A DNA stretch of 32,000 nucleotides from Thalassolituus maritimus (GCF_040372045.1 NZ_BAABWH010000005.1); one strand, 5' to 3'; positions 9,483-18,398 are shown, numbered from the stretch's first letter. Program-made: numbers and translations. The notes: a model not told the origin generated them from the letters alone.

Positions 9483-9594
9483 AATGTGATATAACACTCA
9501 ATAACGATGGACATCAGCTTGCAACGGCTGATCAATCATGGTCAACTATTTGACGTTTTTACGCCTGTTCAGAACACCACACAGAGACGGATCT

Positions 9595-10380
9595 ATGTTA
9601 CTCCTACGGACGTTTATCATCAGCCTTTTTTTCTGCCTTCCTGTGCACGCTATATCCAGCGATGGCGCACCTTTGGCCGAAGAGCTGCGCGTCTTCAAAC
9701 TCAGCACGGATGTGAAGCTGCTACTGCTTAAGTATTACCACGTTCAGGCCGACGAAGGAAATTCACAACTCGTTGAAGAAGTTCTGCGTCATAGAGATGA
9801 AGTTGCCTACCAGAAAGACCGTTTATTCCAGGAAATGTCGGAAGGCTACAGTGAGAAGCAGAGCCGGATCGACGGGCACTGGGTCGAATTCAATACTTTG
9901 CTGGATCAGAATATTAACGAAATTCGGGAGAGCAATTATCCGGAACTGCAGGTCGTCACACTGATGCGTAAAGCTCAGCGGGCCATGCTCGACGAGCTGG
10001 AACAACTCTCGCAAAGTATCCTCAGCAATAACGAAGTCTCTCTCTCTGAGCTGACTCTGTGGCAGCGCGACCAGAAGAATTTATTAATCGAGGTTGTTGA
10101 GCGCTACATTGAGCGTGCGGCGTCTTCCATGGGTGCTCCGCTGACCATCGACAGTGTCGATATCAACGTTCTGTGCCAGCGTTTTGATCGAGGTATCGAA
10201 GACATGCTTACGCGTGTGTCCTCGTCTGAAGCGCAACGCCTGTTGAATAAAGTGCGCAGCCAATGGCTGTTTATCGAAACCGCCGCTACAGACACCAACG
10301 CGCGCCTGATCCCTTTCCTTGTAATGCGCTATGCCGACAGCATCCTCGCACGCCTTGATGATGTGGCTCACCATATCTGA
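9595..10380 (+). CDS. Hypothetical secreted all-helical protein
   Basis: The ORF is open from 9538. The ATG at 9595 gives a clean signal peptide, MLLLRTFIISLFFCLPVHA|ISS. The remainder is predicted helical and charge-rich. I do not recognise a family. Confidence 0.6.
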   Translation: MLLLRTFIISLFFCLPVHAISSDGAPLAEELRVFKLSTDVKLLLLKYYHVQADEGNSQLVEEVLRHRDEVAYQKDRLFQEMSEGYSEKQSRIDGHWVEFNTLLDQNINEIRESNYPELQVVTLMRKAQRAMLDELEQLSQSILSNNEVSLSELTLWQRDQKNLLIEVVERYIERAASSMGAPLTIDSVDINVLCQRFDRGIEDMLTRVSSSEAQRLLNKVRSQWLFIETAATDTNARLIPFLVMRYADSILARLDDVAHHI

Positions 10381-10523
10381 GGCAGCAATGGCATCGATGG
10401 ATTTCGCAAATATTGAGCATAGAAACCTTAAGTATAGACAGGCGCGTGTCTTTGCCTGATACCGATAAGCAAAAGGCTTACGGCTATACTTAACGTATGT
10501 AAGCGCAGCATGGCAGCGTATGT

Positions 10524-11114
10524 ATGAGTTTAATTGTCTTCGATATGGGACGCCGGGTAGAAACCCCGGTTGCATCCCCCCGCAGAAGAATAAGTCCCCT
10601 TTCCGGCATCAGCCGTACGGATGCCGTCGAGCAGCAAAACGATCATGATGGCGAGCTCCTGACCTATTCCCGACAGGGACAACAGGAGCATGACGAGCAT
10701 TCACCTCAAGCTGTCGCACTCACTTCTGACATTATGATCCAGCCTGTTATCACAGTTGAAAGTGGTGCTTCTATTGGGCACGCCTATTCTCTGATGAGGC
10801 AACACGGTATTCACCATCTACCTGTGATGGACACTGATCACCGTGTACTGGCCATGGTATCTGACCGCCTGATACTAAGATCTCTGGTCGAAAATAATGC
10901 CAGTAATGAAGACCCCGTCATACGTATCGCTGCCAGACCCGTATACTGTACAGAAGAAGACGCAGATATTCGTCAAACGGCCCACCTGTTATGCGAATAC
11001 CACATTGGTGCCCTACCAGTACTGAATGATAAAGAACAACTGGTGGGCATCGTGACAGGCAGCGACCTGTTGCACGTTATCAGTGATTACGGGCCTTTGG
11101 AATTATGGGCCTGA
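10524..11114 (+). CDS. CBS-domain pair protein
   Basis: Two CBS repeats: IMIQPVITVESGASIGHAYSLMRQHGIHHLPVMD...VLAMVSDRLILRSL and PVYCTEEDADIRQTAHLLCEYHIGALPVLN...LVGIVTGSDLLHVI. The N-terminal ~70 aa are low-complexity, so the start is uncertain. Confidence 0.8.
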   Translation: MSLIVFDMGRRVETPVASPRRRISPLSGISRTDAVEQQNDHDGELLTYSRQGQQEHDEHSPQAVALTSDIMIQPVITVESGASIGHAYSLMRQHGIHHLPVMDTDHRVLAMVSDRLILRSLVENNASNEDPVIRIAARPVYCTEEDADIRQTAHLLCEYHIGALPVLNDKEQLVGIVTGSDLLHVISDYGPLELWA

Positions 11115-11181
11115 CAAGCCACTCATCATTGACAATAAACGCCTGCAATAACAACAACAGCAGGCTATGGAGTGAATTACT

Positions 11182-12546
11182 TTGGCTAAACAATACGAAT
11201 TGATCCATCCGAAAACCCATCTTCGTGTGTTGTCACAGCATGAAATACAACAACTCAAAGACGTAGGAAGTGGCGCGCATGAGATGCTACGACGCTGTTC
11301 CTTTGCTGTTTTATCTGCCGGTAGCATGGAAGACGATTACACCCGCCTGGAAGAAAGCTATCGCGATTTCAGTATCAGCGTAGAACAGGAAGAGCGTGGC
11401 ATTGTTCTGCAACTCAGTGGTGCTCCCTCTGGCGCGTTTGTCGACGACGAAATTATCCGCGGCGTCAGGGAGCAGCTTTTCTCGGTACTGAGAGACATCC
11501 TCTACGCCGAAGAAAATATTCTTAAAGCCCATCGTTTTGACCTTAGCAAAAGTGAAGACATTACCAATGCCGTCTTTCACATTCTACGCAATGCTAACCT
11601 CCTGCAACCCGACGTCGAACCCAAACTCGTCGTATGCTGGGGAGGACATTCGATTCCACCCAATGAATACCAATACACCAAAGAAGTCGGCTACGAACTA
11701 GGCCTACGCGGTCTCGATATCGGTACCGGGTGTGGACCGGGGGCAATGAAGGGACCAATGAAAGGTGCCACCATCGGACATGCCAAACAGCACATCCGAA
11801 ACGGTCGCTATATCGGCATTACCGAGCCGGGCATTATTGCCGCAGAATCTCCCAACCCGATCGTAAATGAACTGGTTATTCTGCCAGATATAGAAAAGCG
11901 CCTTGAAGCATTCGTACGCATGGCACACGGCATTATTATTTTCCCGGGTGGCCCGGGTACAGCGGAAGAAATTCTCTACATACTTGGTGTGCTTTCACAC
12001 CCAGCCAATAAAGTTATTCCTTATCCATTAGTGATTACAGGACCAGAAGAAACCCGTGATTACCTGATGGACATTGATCGTTTTATTGGCGATACACTCG
12101 GGAAAGAAGCGCAGTCGCGCTACGAACTGATCATTAATGATCCTGTGACCGTCGCCCGTAGAATGAAAGCAGGCATGGAATCTGTACGCCAGTATCGTCG
12201 CGATAATAACGATGCCTACTTCTATAACTGGACATTGAAAATCGACCCTGATTTTCAGGCACCGTTCGAACCTACCCACGAGAATATGAAAACGTTACGA
12301 CTGAACCGCGATGCGCCTTTTCATGAATTAGCTGCAGACCTGAGGCGTGCGTTTTCTGGGATTGTAGCGGGTAACGTTAAGGCTGATGGCGTCGAGTTGG
12401 TACGTAAACATGGTCCTTACGAGATCCATGGTGACGCCGACATCCTTGATGGCATGGACCGATTACTGCGAGCGATGGTTGCCCATGGTCGAATGAAGAT
12501 CAGCGGTAACTACGAACCTTGCTACCGCATCGTAAAAAACGAGTGA
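11182..12546 (+). CDS. ppnN: Pyrimidine/purine nucleotide 5'-monophosphate nucleosidase (LOG-family, YgdH/PpnN)
   Basis: 454 aa, collinear with my recollection of E. coli PpnN. Shared segments include VVCWGGHSI..NEY.Y...VGYELGLRGL.I.TGCGPGAMKGPMKGA, TEPGIIAAE.PNP.VNEL.I.PDIEKRLEAFVR.AHGIIIFPGG.GTAEE and LAADLRRAFSGIVAGNVK. The track start is a TTG. Confidence 0.9.
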   Translation: MAKQYELIHPKTHLRVLSQHEIQQLKDVGSGAHEMLRRCSFAVLSAGSMEDDYTRLEESYRDFSISVEQEERGIVLQLSGAPSGAFVDDEIIRGVREQLFSVLRDILYAEENILKAHRFDLSKSEDITNAVFHILRNANLLQPDVEPKLVVCWGGHSIPPNEYQYTKEVGYELGLRGLDIGTGCGPGAMKGPMKGATIGHAKQHIRNGRYIGITEPGIIAAESPNPIVNELVILPDIEKRLEAFVRMAHGIIIFPGGPGTAEEILYILGVLSHPANKVIPYPLVITGPEETRDYLMDIDRFIGDTLGKEAQSRYELIINDPVTVARRMKAGMESVRQYRRDNNDAYFYNWTLKIDPDFQAPFEPTHENMKTLRLNRDAPFHELAADLRRAFSGIVAGNVKADGVELVRKHGPYEIHGDADILDGMDRLLRAMVAHGRMKISGNYEPCYRIVKNE

Positions 12547-12574
12547 TTTGCTTCACGTGGATCAGCACCCCGCA

Positions 12575-14209
12575 TTAATGCGAGGTTTCCTGAGTAGCGT
12601 GCAACTGAATGCGTTCGGTTGCACGCTGCGATAGGCCCGCGGCATGGTTCATAACGTGAAAAATGACGTTCTGCTCGTTCACACCTGAAATCAACGGCGC
12701 ACCGGGTCCTCGGGCATAAATAGCAACATCCTCGCCGCCATGTGTTTCTGCAGTAAGTGGAACCAGCGCTTCCTGGTGATAGCCGACCGACTGAGTGTCT
12801 ATATCGGTAATGTCCTGACGACCAAAGGTCACTGGTTCTTCATAGACTACCTCAGGGTCTGTCTGAACGCCCAGTGCATAGTGGCCTCGACCGTTCATAT
12901 ACCCCAGAGTCGTATAGGGTTTACCGTCTTCCGCGAGCGTCGGTTCACTTTGCCCAACACCAACGACTTTTCCGAGAATGGGATTGCCGCGCTTGGGGTA
13001 GCCTGCCATTGTAAAAACATGGCTATGATCTGCAGTAACGATAATCAAAGTGTCGTCTTCTGAAGTCATATTTAATGCCATACTGATCGCATTCGAAAAC
13101 TCCCGGGTTTCATGCAGAGCATTAAACGCACTACCGGCGTGGTGCGCGTGATCAATGCGACCCGACTCGACCATAAGAAAGAAGCCTTCCTCGTCCGCGT
13201 CGGCCTGCAACAACTCCAGCGCTTTTTGAGTCATCTCACTCAATGACGGTTCGCCTGCTTTATCATTCTGACGATCGATTTCGAAGCGCATGTGAGTTTC
13301 TTCGAATAAGCCCAGCACAGGCAAAGTCGACAAGGACGCGAAGGTCTCAGAATCAAATGCGAACTGACCAACCGGATTCAGCTTCTGCCACTCAGAAATA
13401 AGATGGCGACCATCTGTGCGGTCACCCTCAGTCTCACTGCGCGCATCTGCGGTATTCGAGGCAGCATCCGCCGGCAGAAAATGTCGACGACCTCCGCCAA
13501 ATGCCACCTCAATACCGTCGACAGCAACTCCATAAGTCGAAGCTGTACGTGTTTTAAAATCAACAAACTGAGACGCAATGTCCACGCAGCCAGCGGCAAC
13601 GGCGTCTTCCGTCATATCGGAAATATCTTCCCAGTTGCGTTCGGCAGAATACGCGTATGTCGCCGCGGGTGTTGCGTGAGTCAGTCGCGCGGTGGTCACA
13701 ATACCGGTTCTCATACCGGCAAGCTCAGCCATTACCAGAGCGGAGGGCATTTGTAACTCTGCCTGATGGCAGGCACCCCGTTGTGCCTCTTCACTCAGGC
13801 CTATCACCCCTGCATCCGTCTTTACGCCTGTCACCATCGCGGTCATAGTGCCAGCCGAATCCGGGGTTTGCGCATCCACGTTGTAGGTTTTACTGAGCCC
13901 AGTAAAGGGTAACGTCTCAAAACTAAGCTGATACTCTTCACCACTCAGCCCCAGTAATTGCCCTGCGTAAATACGCGAAGCCGTCACGGTTGATATTCCC
14001 ATACCGTCGCCTACAAACAGAATGACATTCTTAGCTTGAGTGTTGTCTTTAAGATAGCTGGCTCGCTCCTCGACGGCTTTTTTCCCTGCGATATACCAAG
14101 GGTTAGTCGAATCAAAGAGGTCAATAGAACCAGAAGAGCTACGATCGATATCGGAGCAGCCCGACAGCAGAAATACAGAGGTAAACAGCAAAAGGTGGGA
14201 ATATTTCAT
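12575..14209 (-). CDS. Alkaline phosphatase (PhoA/PF00245 family), lipoprotein
   Basis: Lipobox FLLSGC|SD. Metal-site and nucleophile motifs LFVGDGMG and TPDSAGTMTAMVTG (Asp-Ser-Ala), plus DHSH and ETHGGEDV. I prefer the ATG at 14209 over the TTG at 14218. Confidence 0.9.
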   Translation of the reverse strand: MKYSHLLLFTSVFLLSGCSDIDRSSSGSIDLFDSTNPWYIAGKKAVEERASYLKDNTQAKNVILFVGDGMGISTVTASRIYAGQLLGLSGEEYQLSFETLPFTGLSKTYNVDAQTPDSAGTMTAMVTGVKTDAGVIGLSEEAQRGACHQAELQMPSALVMAELAGMRTGIVTTARLTHATPAATYAYSAERNWEDISDMTEDAVAAGCVDIASQFVDFKTRTASTYGVAVDGIEVAFGGGRRHFLPADAASNTADARSETEGDRTDGRHLISEWQKLNPVGQFAFDSETFASLSTLPVLGLFEETHMRFEIDRQNDKAGEPSLSEMTQKALELLQADADEEGFFLMVESGRIDHAHHAGSAFNALHETREFSNAISMALNMTSEDDTLIIVTADHSHVFTMAGYPKRGNPILGKVVGVGQSEPTLAEDGKPYTTLGYMNGRGHYALGVQTDPEVVYEEPVTFGRQDITDIDTQSVGYHQEALVPLTAETHGGEDVAIYARGPGAPLISGVNEQNVIFHVMNHAAGLSQRATERIQLHATQETSH

Positions 14210-14221
14210 GGTCGTCAACGC

Positions 14222-14239
14222 CAGTCATGCGAATGACTG
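14222..14239. promoter_or_regulatory. 18-bp palindrome in the motB-like / alkaline phosphatase gap
   Basis: cagtcat (14222-14228) gcga atgactg (14233-14239): perfect 7-bp arms with a 4-nt spacer. It occupies half of the 37-bp intergenic gap. No U-tract follows on either strand. Confidence 0.3.
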
Positions 14240-14246
14240 CATGGTA

Positions 14247-14921
14247 TCAGTAACGTCTTACAGTGACGACAACCCGACGATCAGCTTCACGTTGATCTTG
14301 AGTGGTAATGTCCCCTTCCAGAACCTTCGGACGACTATCCGCGTAACCCGATGCTTTAAGACGTTCTTTCGCAATTCCAGTTTGCAGTAAATACTTCACG
14401 ACACCGGTCGCGCGGGCCGCAGACAACTCCCAGTTTGAAGGGAATTCATCTGTCGCAATGGGTAAATCGTCGGTGTGCCCTTCCACTTCAATCATATGAG
14501 AGCCATGACTGACGTCTTTGATCACCCTTCCAAGCTCCTGCAACATAGGCTGCGCATCGGGCTTTAGCTGCGCCGACCCTGAATCGTACAGCGCCACATT
14601 TGCAAATTCGACCTGTATACCGCGCGGATCAAGCGTGACCGTTACCTGATCCGCCAACCCATTCTTTTCAACGTACTCGTCGAGCCCCTGCTTAATTTCC
14701 GTAAAAGGCGTCGCATTATTTTCAGATGAAATCACCTCTGCGAGGCCTTCTTTCAAGGACTCGATTTTTCCCTGATTTAAATCCGATACCGCGAGTATCA
14801 TCACGAAAAATGCCAACAGCAACGTAATAGCGTCAGAATACGTCACTAACCAAGAGCTGGAAGAATCATCAAAATTGGGACGACGTCGTCGCAATCCACG
14901 CTGACGAGATGCATGGCTCAT
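14247..14921 (-). CDS. MotB/OmpA-family stator protein (peptidoglycan-anchored proton-channel subunit)
   Basis: 224 aa. Single TM segment with the conserved channel Asp (SWLVTYSDAITLLLAFFVMI). C-terminal OmpA-like peptidoglycan-binding domain (VEGHTDDLP...SNWELSAARATGVVKYL...GYADSRP). Its start overlaps the stop of the MotA-like gene (TGATG). Confidence 0.85.
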   Translation of the reverse strand: MSHASRQRGLRRRRPNFDDSSSSWLVTYSDAITLLLAFFVMILAVSDLNQGKIESLKEGLAEVISSENNATPFTEIKQGLDEYVEKNGLADQVTVTLDPRGIQVEFANVALYDSGSAQLKPDAQPMLQELGRVIKDVSHGSHMIEVEGHTDDLPIATDEFPSNWELSAARATGVVKYLLQTGIAKERLKASGYADSRPKVLEGDITTQDQREADRRVVVTVRRY

Positions 14922-15724
14922 CAGAGTTCACCCGATAACACGGGGGTTCGTACAGACGGCTTAAGAAATGCGCTCAGCCTGTCCTGCATATACAGTGCCG
15001 TGCGCTTCTCACTCAACAGGACAAACCCCTCAGACACCAGCTGATGGCGGAAATACATGGTTTCCTGTTTTTCTGTAACCTGATTTGCAGCTGGCTTAAA
15101 AAATAAGTTCGACAGTAAAACACCATACAGCGTCGTGATTAATGCCAAGGCTAGGCCTTTACCCAAACCCGCCATATCCCCATTCAGATTATCCAACATG
15201 ATAATCAACCCGACTATGGTACCCACCATCCCAAAGCCGGGTGAGTACACAGCCATGGTATTCAATACCTTGCCTTCCAACGTGTGGCGCTGCCAGGTTG
15301 CATCCATCTGATCGGTCAACATAGTGCGGATATCATGATTGCTGTAGCCAGCTCCCATGAGATCCAGACCGGCGCGCATAAATTCATCGTTCTGCTCTTG
15401 CTTCGTCAAAGATTGCTCAAGCGCCACAATGCCACCTTGACGATAAATCGTACTCCACTCAACGAAGCGATCCGTCACCTGCTTGAGGTGTTTCTGTGAT
15501 GTTGGCGGGTGAAAGAAGGTGTACAGCATGCTGCGTAAGGCACGAATCACATCCATGGTGGAGTAACTGATTAAGGCTGCCGCCAAGGTACTACCAAACA
15601 CCAGCCCGAAACTGGAAACACTGATAAATATGACATGGTTATCAGTGGCGCTGGCCACTGCGAACACAAGGAGACCAATGCCTGCACAAAAACCAATTAG
15701 CGTACTGAATGAAAAACGGAACAC
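14921..15724 (-). CDS. MotA/PomA-family stator protein (MotA/TolQ/ExbB proton-channel family)
   Basis: 267 aa with a four-TM layout. Cytoplasmic loop has YRQGGIVALEQ (compare the RxxGxLALE region of MotA/PomA). TM3 is SPGFGMVGTIVGLI and TM4 is ALITTLYGVLLSNLFFKPAAN, each with the conserved Pro. GTG start with an AAGGAG Shine-Dalgarno 10 nt upstream. Confidence 0.85.
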   Translation of the reverse strand: MFRFSFSTLIGFCAGIGLLVFAVASATDNHVIFISVSSFGLVFGSTLAAALISYSTMDVIRALRSMLYTFFHPPTSQKHLKQVTDRFVEWSTIYRQGGIVALEQSLTKQEQNDEFMRAGLDLMGAGYSNHDIRTMLTDQMDATWQRHTLEGKVLNTMAVYSPGFGMVGTIVGLIIMLDNLNGDMAGLGKGLALALITTLYGVLLSNLFFKPAANQVTEKQETMYFRHQLVSEGFVLLSEKRTALYMQDRLSAFLKPSVRTPVLSGEL

Positions 15725-15766
15725 GACGATACTACTCCTTAACTCTTAGCCCCAAACCTTCAGAAC

Positions 15767-17701
15767 CTAGCTCTGCTTCACTTCAGCCAGCTCATCCATA
15801 GAGAAGCGACCTTCACGAATAACATCACGCATTTTTTGCACAACCTGACGACGGGCCGATTCAACCTGATCCTGTGCGGTCGCCGCTTCTGATACTTTCA
15901 GTTCATTAATAATCCCCGCGCGCAACTTGGCGGGCAACGCAGCCAGTACGTAACGTTTAAACTCAATAGACGTATTGCACAGCGACGCAGTTAAAATCGC
16001 GGTATCCAAGGTGCGTAACTCATTAGAAATAATGCGATCTGGTGTCCTGCTCAAATCAGCAAATGTGAAGTACACCTGACGTAAGCGATAGTAGGTTTCC
16101 GGCTTCTCAGACTTGAGTGTTTTAAGCATCCGGGTTTCTTCACTGGTGGTCATCTTATCCAGCATGCCGATTAATACCGACAAACCATCCGCCGTAATAT
16201 TCTCAAACGAAGGGACCGTCAATGACGCTTTGGCCAGGCGATCTGCAACATCTTTAAAAGCCGAGACGGGGAGACTCTCAAATTGTCCCAACTCGAATGC
16301 GATATCCGCCAACTCACGCGAGTCCAGTCGCAGAATAATATCCGCCGACCGCTGGGCCGGTAGCTGCGACATGACTAACGCCTTGATGCGTATATCCTCA
16401 TCCTTAATCAGGAACAGCACCTGGGAGTCGTTCAGTTTATTCAGAAAGGCAAAAGGCTGAGTATTTGAGGCGTCGTCCTGCTGGCGCTCAAGACGTTGAG
16501 AAAACTGCTCCATGCCTTCCGATAACTGCTCTTCATTCCAATCGCCTTCTTGTAGTAAGTCGTCGATCTGTTTCCAGTCTGCTGGCGTGAGATGCGGCGC
16601 CAGACTGGCAAATAAGCTCTTACCCATCGTTGCAGATAACGAAGCAACCTCAAATGCCTGCGCGCTGCCCAAGGCCTGTGACACCGCCTGCTGAAAGCGA
16701 TGTGGCTGCGACAGTCCCTGGCTCACCAGTCGTTGGCGGGATTCATTGATTCGATAACGGAGTGCTGCCGTATCGCCCTCCGACTGGCGGGCAATGCCAG
16801 TTCCCTTAGCCGTGTCAACGGGAGTATCAAGCCCGGGATGAGCTGTGGCCATTGAAGTAATTGGCTGATTGAGACGACGCCACAGTGCAAGGAACGCCAG
16901 CACGAGAAGCAACCCGACAACCAACAGGCTGGCTAACCAAATCCAAGGGGTGTATGCCTCCCAGAAAGAGAGGGGCGTTTCCTCTTTTTTCAGGTGACTA
17001 AAACCTGTTTTGACAATATTTAATGTATCTCCACGGAGTTCATTAATTTGTGCTTTGCGCGTCACCAGGTTTTTCAAAAACTCGATCTGTTCGTCTTCTA
17101 AGCCATTATCGACGACTAATGTAATCTCGAGTTTTTTAATGATATTGCGATAGCCTATGGTTTTCTCCGAGGGCTGACCGGCTTGCGCCTGTTGTTTTTG
17201 CTGTGCCACGTCTTTGAGCTGATCCGCGTAGGAGATAATCTCCTGACGCTCTTTCTCAAGCTGCTGCAGCTGAGAATGCAGCGCACGTAATTTCTCGTTA
17301 TTTTCCTTCAAGAGCGGCATTTCGCTGACAGGCAGACCAGGTAATTCTTCGAGGTCATCCAAATTATTGGATTCAATATCAGGCAGCGAAATACTGCCAC
17401 TGACTCGCGGTTTAGCCGGAAGTTGTGGAGGCTGCTGAGCTGGTGCTGGCTGACCCGATTCACGTACGACGGTGCGTGCGCGTTCAATGACTGCATCAAC
17501 CTGAATAATAAAGCGGTTATTACCGAGATAGGACTCAATATCCTGACGTAAGCGCGCCTCAAGGTCACTGCGAAAACGCGCCTCTTCTACCTCATCTTTT
17601 TTTACCGGCACCTCAAATGTGTCTTGAGAGTGTGCCATGAAGGGTAACATCAGAAGAGAGCAAACAAGCACCCAAAGATAACGACGTATTGAATTCATCA
17701 T
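15767..17701 (-). CDS. Bitopic inner-membrane protein with cytoplasmic FliG-like (middle + C-terminal) domains and a periplasmic coiled-coil / ring-building-motif-like region
   Basis: The layout runs from N to C in five parts:
- N-terminal signal/TM segment: YLWVLVCSLLMLPFMAHS.
- Periplasmic region of about 220 aa, containing a Gln-rich coiled coil.
- Second TM segment: WIWLASLLVVGLLLVLAFLALW.
- Cytoplasmic FliG_M-like stretch: VLFLIKDEDIRIKALVMSQLPAQRSADIILRLDSRELADIAFEL.
- Cytoplasmic FliG_C-like stretch: QVYFTFADL...LRTLDTAILTASLCNTSIEFKRYVLAALPAKLRAGIINELK...VESARRQVVQKMRDVIREGRF.
I prefer the ATG at 17701 or 17698, downstream of a GAGGGAGGG Shine-Dalgarno; the track start at 17716 is a TTG. 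Confidence 0.75.
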   Translation of the reverse strand: MMNSIRRYLWVLVCSLLMLPFMAHSQDTFEVPVKKDEVEEARFRSDLEARLRQDIESYLGNNRFIIQVDAVIERARTVVRESGQPAPAQQPPQLPAKPRVSGSISLPDIESNNLDDLEELPGLPVSEMPLLKENNEKLRALHSQLQQLEKERQEIISYADQLKDVAQQKQQAQAGQPSEKTIGYRNIIKKLEITLVVDNGLEDEQIEFLKNLVTRKAQINELRGDTLNIVKTGFSHLKKEETPLSFWEAYTPWIWLASLLVVGLLLVLAFLALWRRLNQPITSMATAHPGLDTPVDTAKGTGIARQSEGDTAALRYRINESRQRLVSQGLSQPHRFQQAVSQALGSAQAFEVASLSATMGKSLFASLAPHLTPADWKQIDDLLQEGDWNEEQLSEGMEQFSQRLERQQDDASNTQPFAFLNKLNDSQVLFLIKDEDIRIKALVMSQLPAQRSADIILRLDSRELADIAFELGQFESLPVSAFKDVADRLAKASLTVPSFENITADGLSVLIGMLDKMTTSEETRMLKTLKSEKPETYYRLRQVYFTFADLSRTPDRIISNELRTLDTAILTASLCNTSIEFKRYVLAALPAKLRAGIINELKVSEAATAQDQVESARRQVVQKMRDVIREGRFSMDELAEVKQS

Positions 17702-17712
17702 ATTGCCCTCCC

Positions 17713-18390
17713 TCAACGCAGGCGTGCCAGACTGGCACGTACCTGATCAAGCTCAGGATCGAGTTCGAGCGCCTGTTCCCAGCTTGCCCGCGCCTCTGGA
17801 AGCAAACCCATCTTGTAATAGATACTTCCCTTGAGGGCATGCGCTTGTGCTGAATCCGGAATCAACTCGAGTGCATCATTGGTCTGATCAAGCGCGTCCC
17901 AGTATTCCTTTTTATAAAACAGGCTTTGGGCCGAAAGGATGTGTTTCGTCATCGTTTCGCTACGACTGAGTTTTTCCTTCTGCTGCTCGCTGATTTTTCC
18001 CTCTGCATCAGCGTGATTTTCAGCCGCGATATCACTAGCAGTGCCTTCCATCAGTCCGTCGCTCTGATCTTCCACTTCAGCATGACTCTGCGGCAAATCC
18101 ATAACGAACTTCACATCAGAATCACCCGCATCAATGGTCATCAGAATGTCATACCCTTCACCGTAGCGATGGATGTGCATCAAGCCATGTTGCTTTTTGG
18201 CTTTCTCGACCACCTTCTCCAGTTGAGAGATTTCTTCAACCTCGGCCTCTTCTTCCGGTTCGACAGGCTTCCCCGGATCGACCCATGGGCTTGGGTTAAA
18301 CCCTTTTACCATCTTGTTGGTACGTTCGTGCGAGCAACCCTGAATTCCCAGAGAGACAAGGAGCACGGCAACTATCATTCCTGCTTTCAT
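17713..18390 (-). CDS. TPR-repeat lipoprotein with acidic linker
   Basis: Lipobox VSLGIQGC|SH. A highly acidic middle region follows. The C-terminus carries TPR-like helices (YWDALDQTNDALELIPDSAQAHALKGSIYYKMGLLPEARASWEQALELDPE). Its stop overlaps the downstream gene's Shine-Dalgarno/start region. Confidence 0.75.
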   Translation of the reverse strand: MKAGMIVAVLLVSLGIQGCSHERTNKMVKGFNPSPWVDPGKPVEPEEEAEVEEISQLEKVVEKAKKQHGLMHIHRYGEGYDILMTIDAGDSDVKFVMDLPQSHAEVEDQSDGLMEGTASDIAAENHADAEGKISEQQKEKLSRSETMTKHILSAQSLFYKKEYWDALDQTNDALELIPDSAQAHALKGSIYYKMGLLPEARASWEQALELDPELDQVRASLARLR

Positions 18391-18398
18391 ACTATCTC

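Noticed and set aside
9483-9594. PurR box or ZTP (pfl) riboswitch upstream of purU
   Set aside because: The closest PurR-like string, gcgtaaaaacgtcaaa, matches only one half-site. No GGGUCGUGAC...CCGCCUGGGC-type ZTP core is present.
12547-12574. 28-bp gap between the convergent ppnN and alkaline phosphatase stops, as a possible shared terminator
   Set aside because: No stem-loop or U-tract is visible in the gap. Termination signals, if any, must lie inside the opposing coding regions.
14210-14300. Canonical Pho box (direct CTGTCAT repeats) upstream of the alkaline phosphatase gene
   Set aside because: Only near-matches are present, and they are arranged as an inverted repeat (cagtcat/atgactg) rather than direct repeats. 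I report this as a palindrome, not as a Pho box.
14247-15724. Interpreting the MotA/MotB pair as Zorya (ZorAB), ExbBD or TolQR
   Set aside because: ZorA proteins carry a very long C-terminal tail and occur with ZorC/D or ZorE; none of these is present. ExbD and TolR lack the OmpA-type peptidoglycan-binding domain seen here, and no TonB, TolA or Pal gene is adjacent. The four-TM MotA/PomA motif set fits best.
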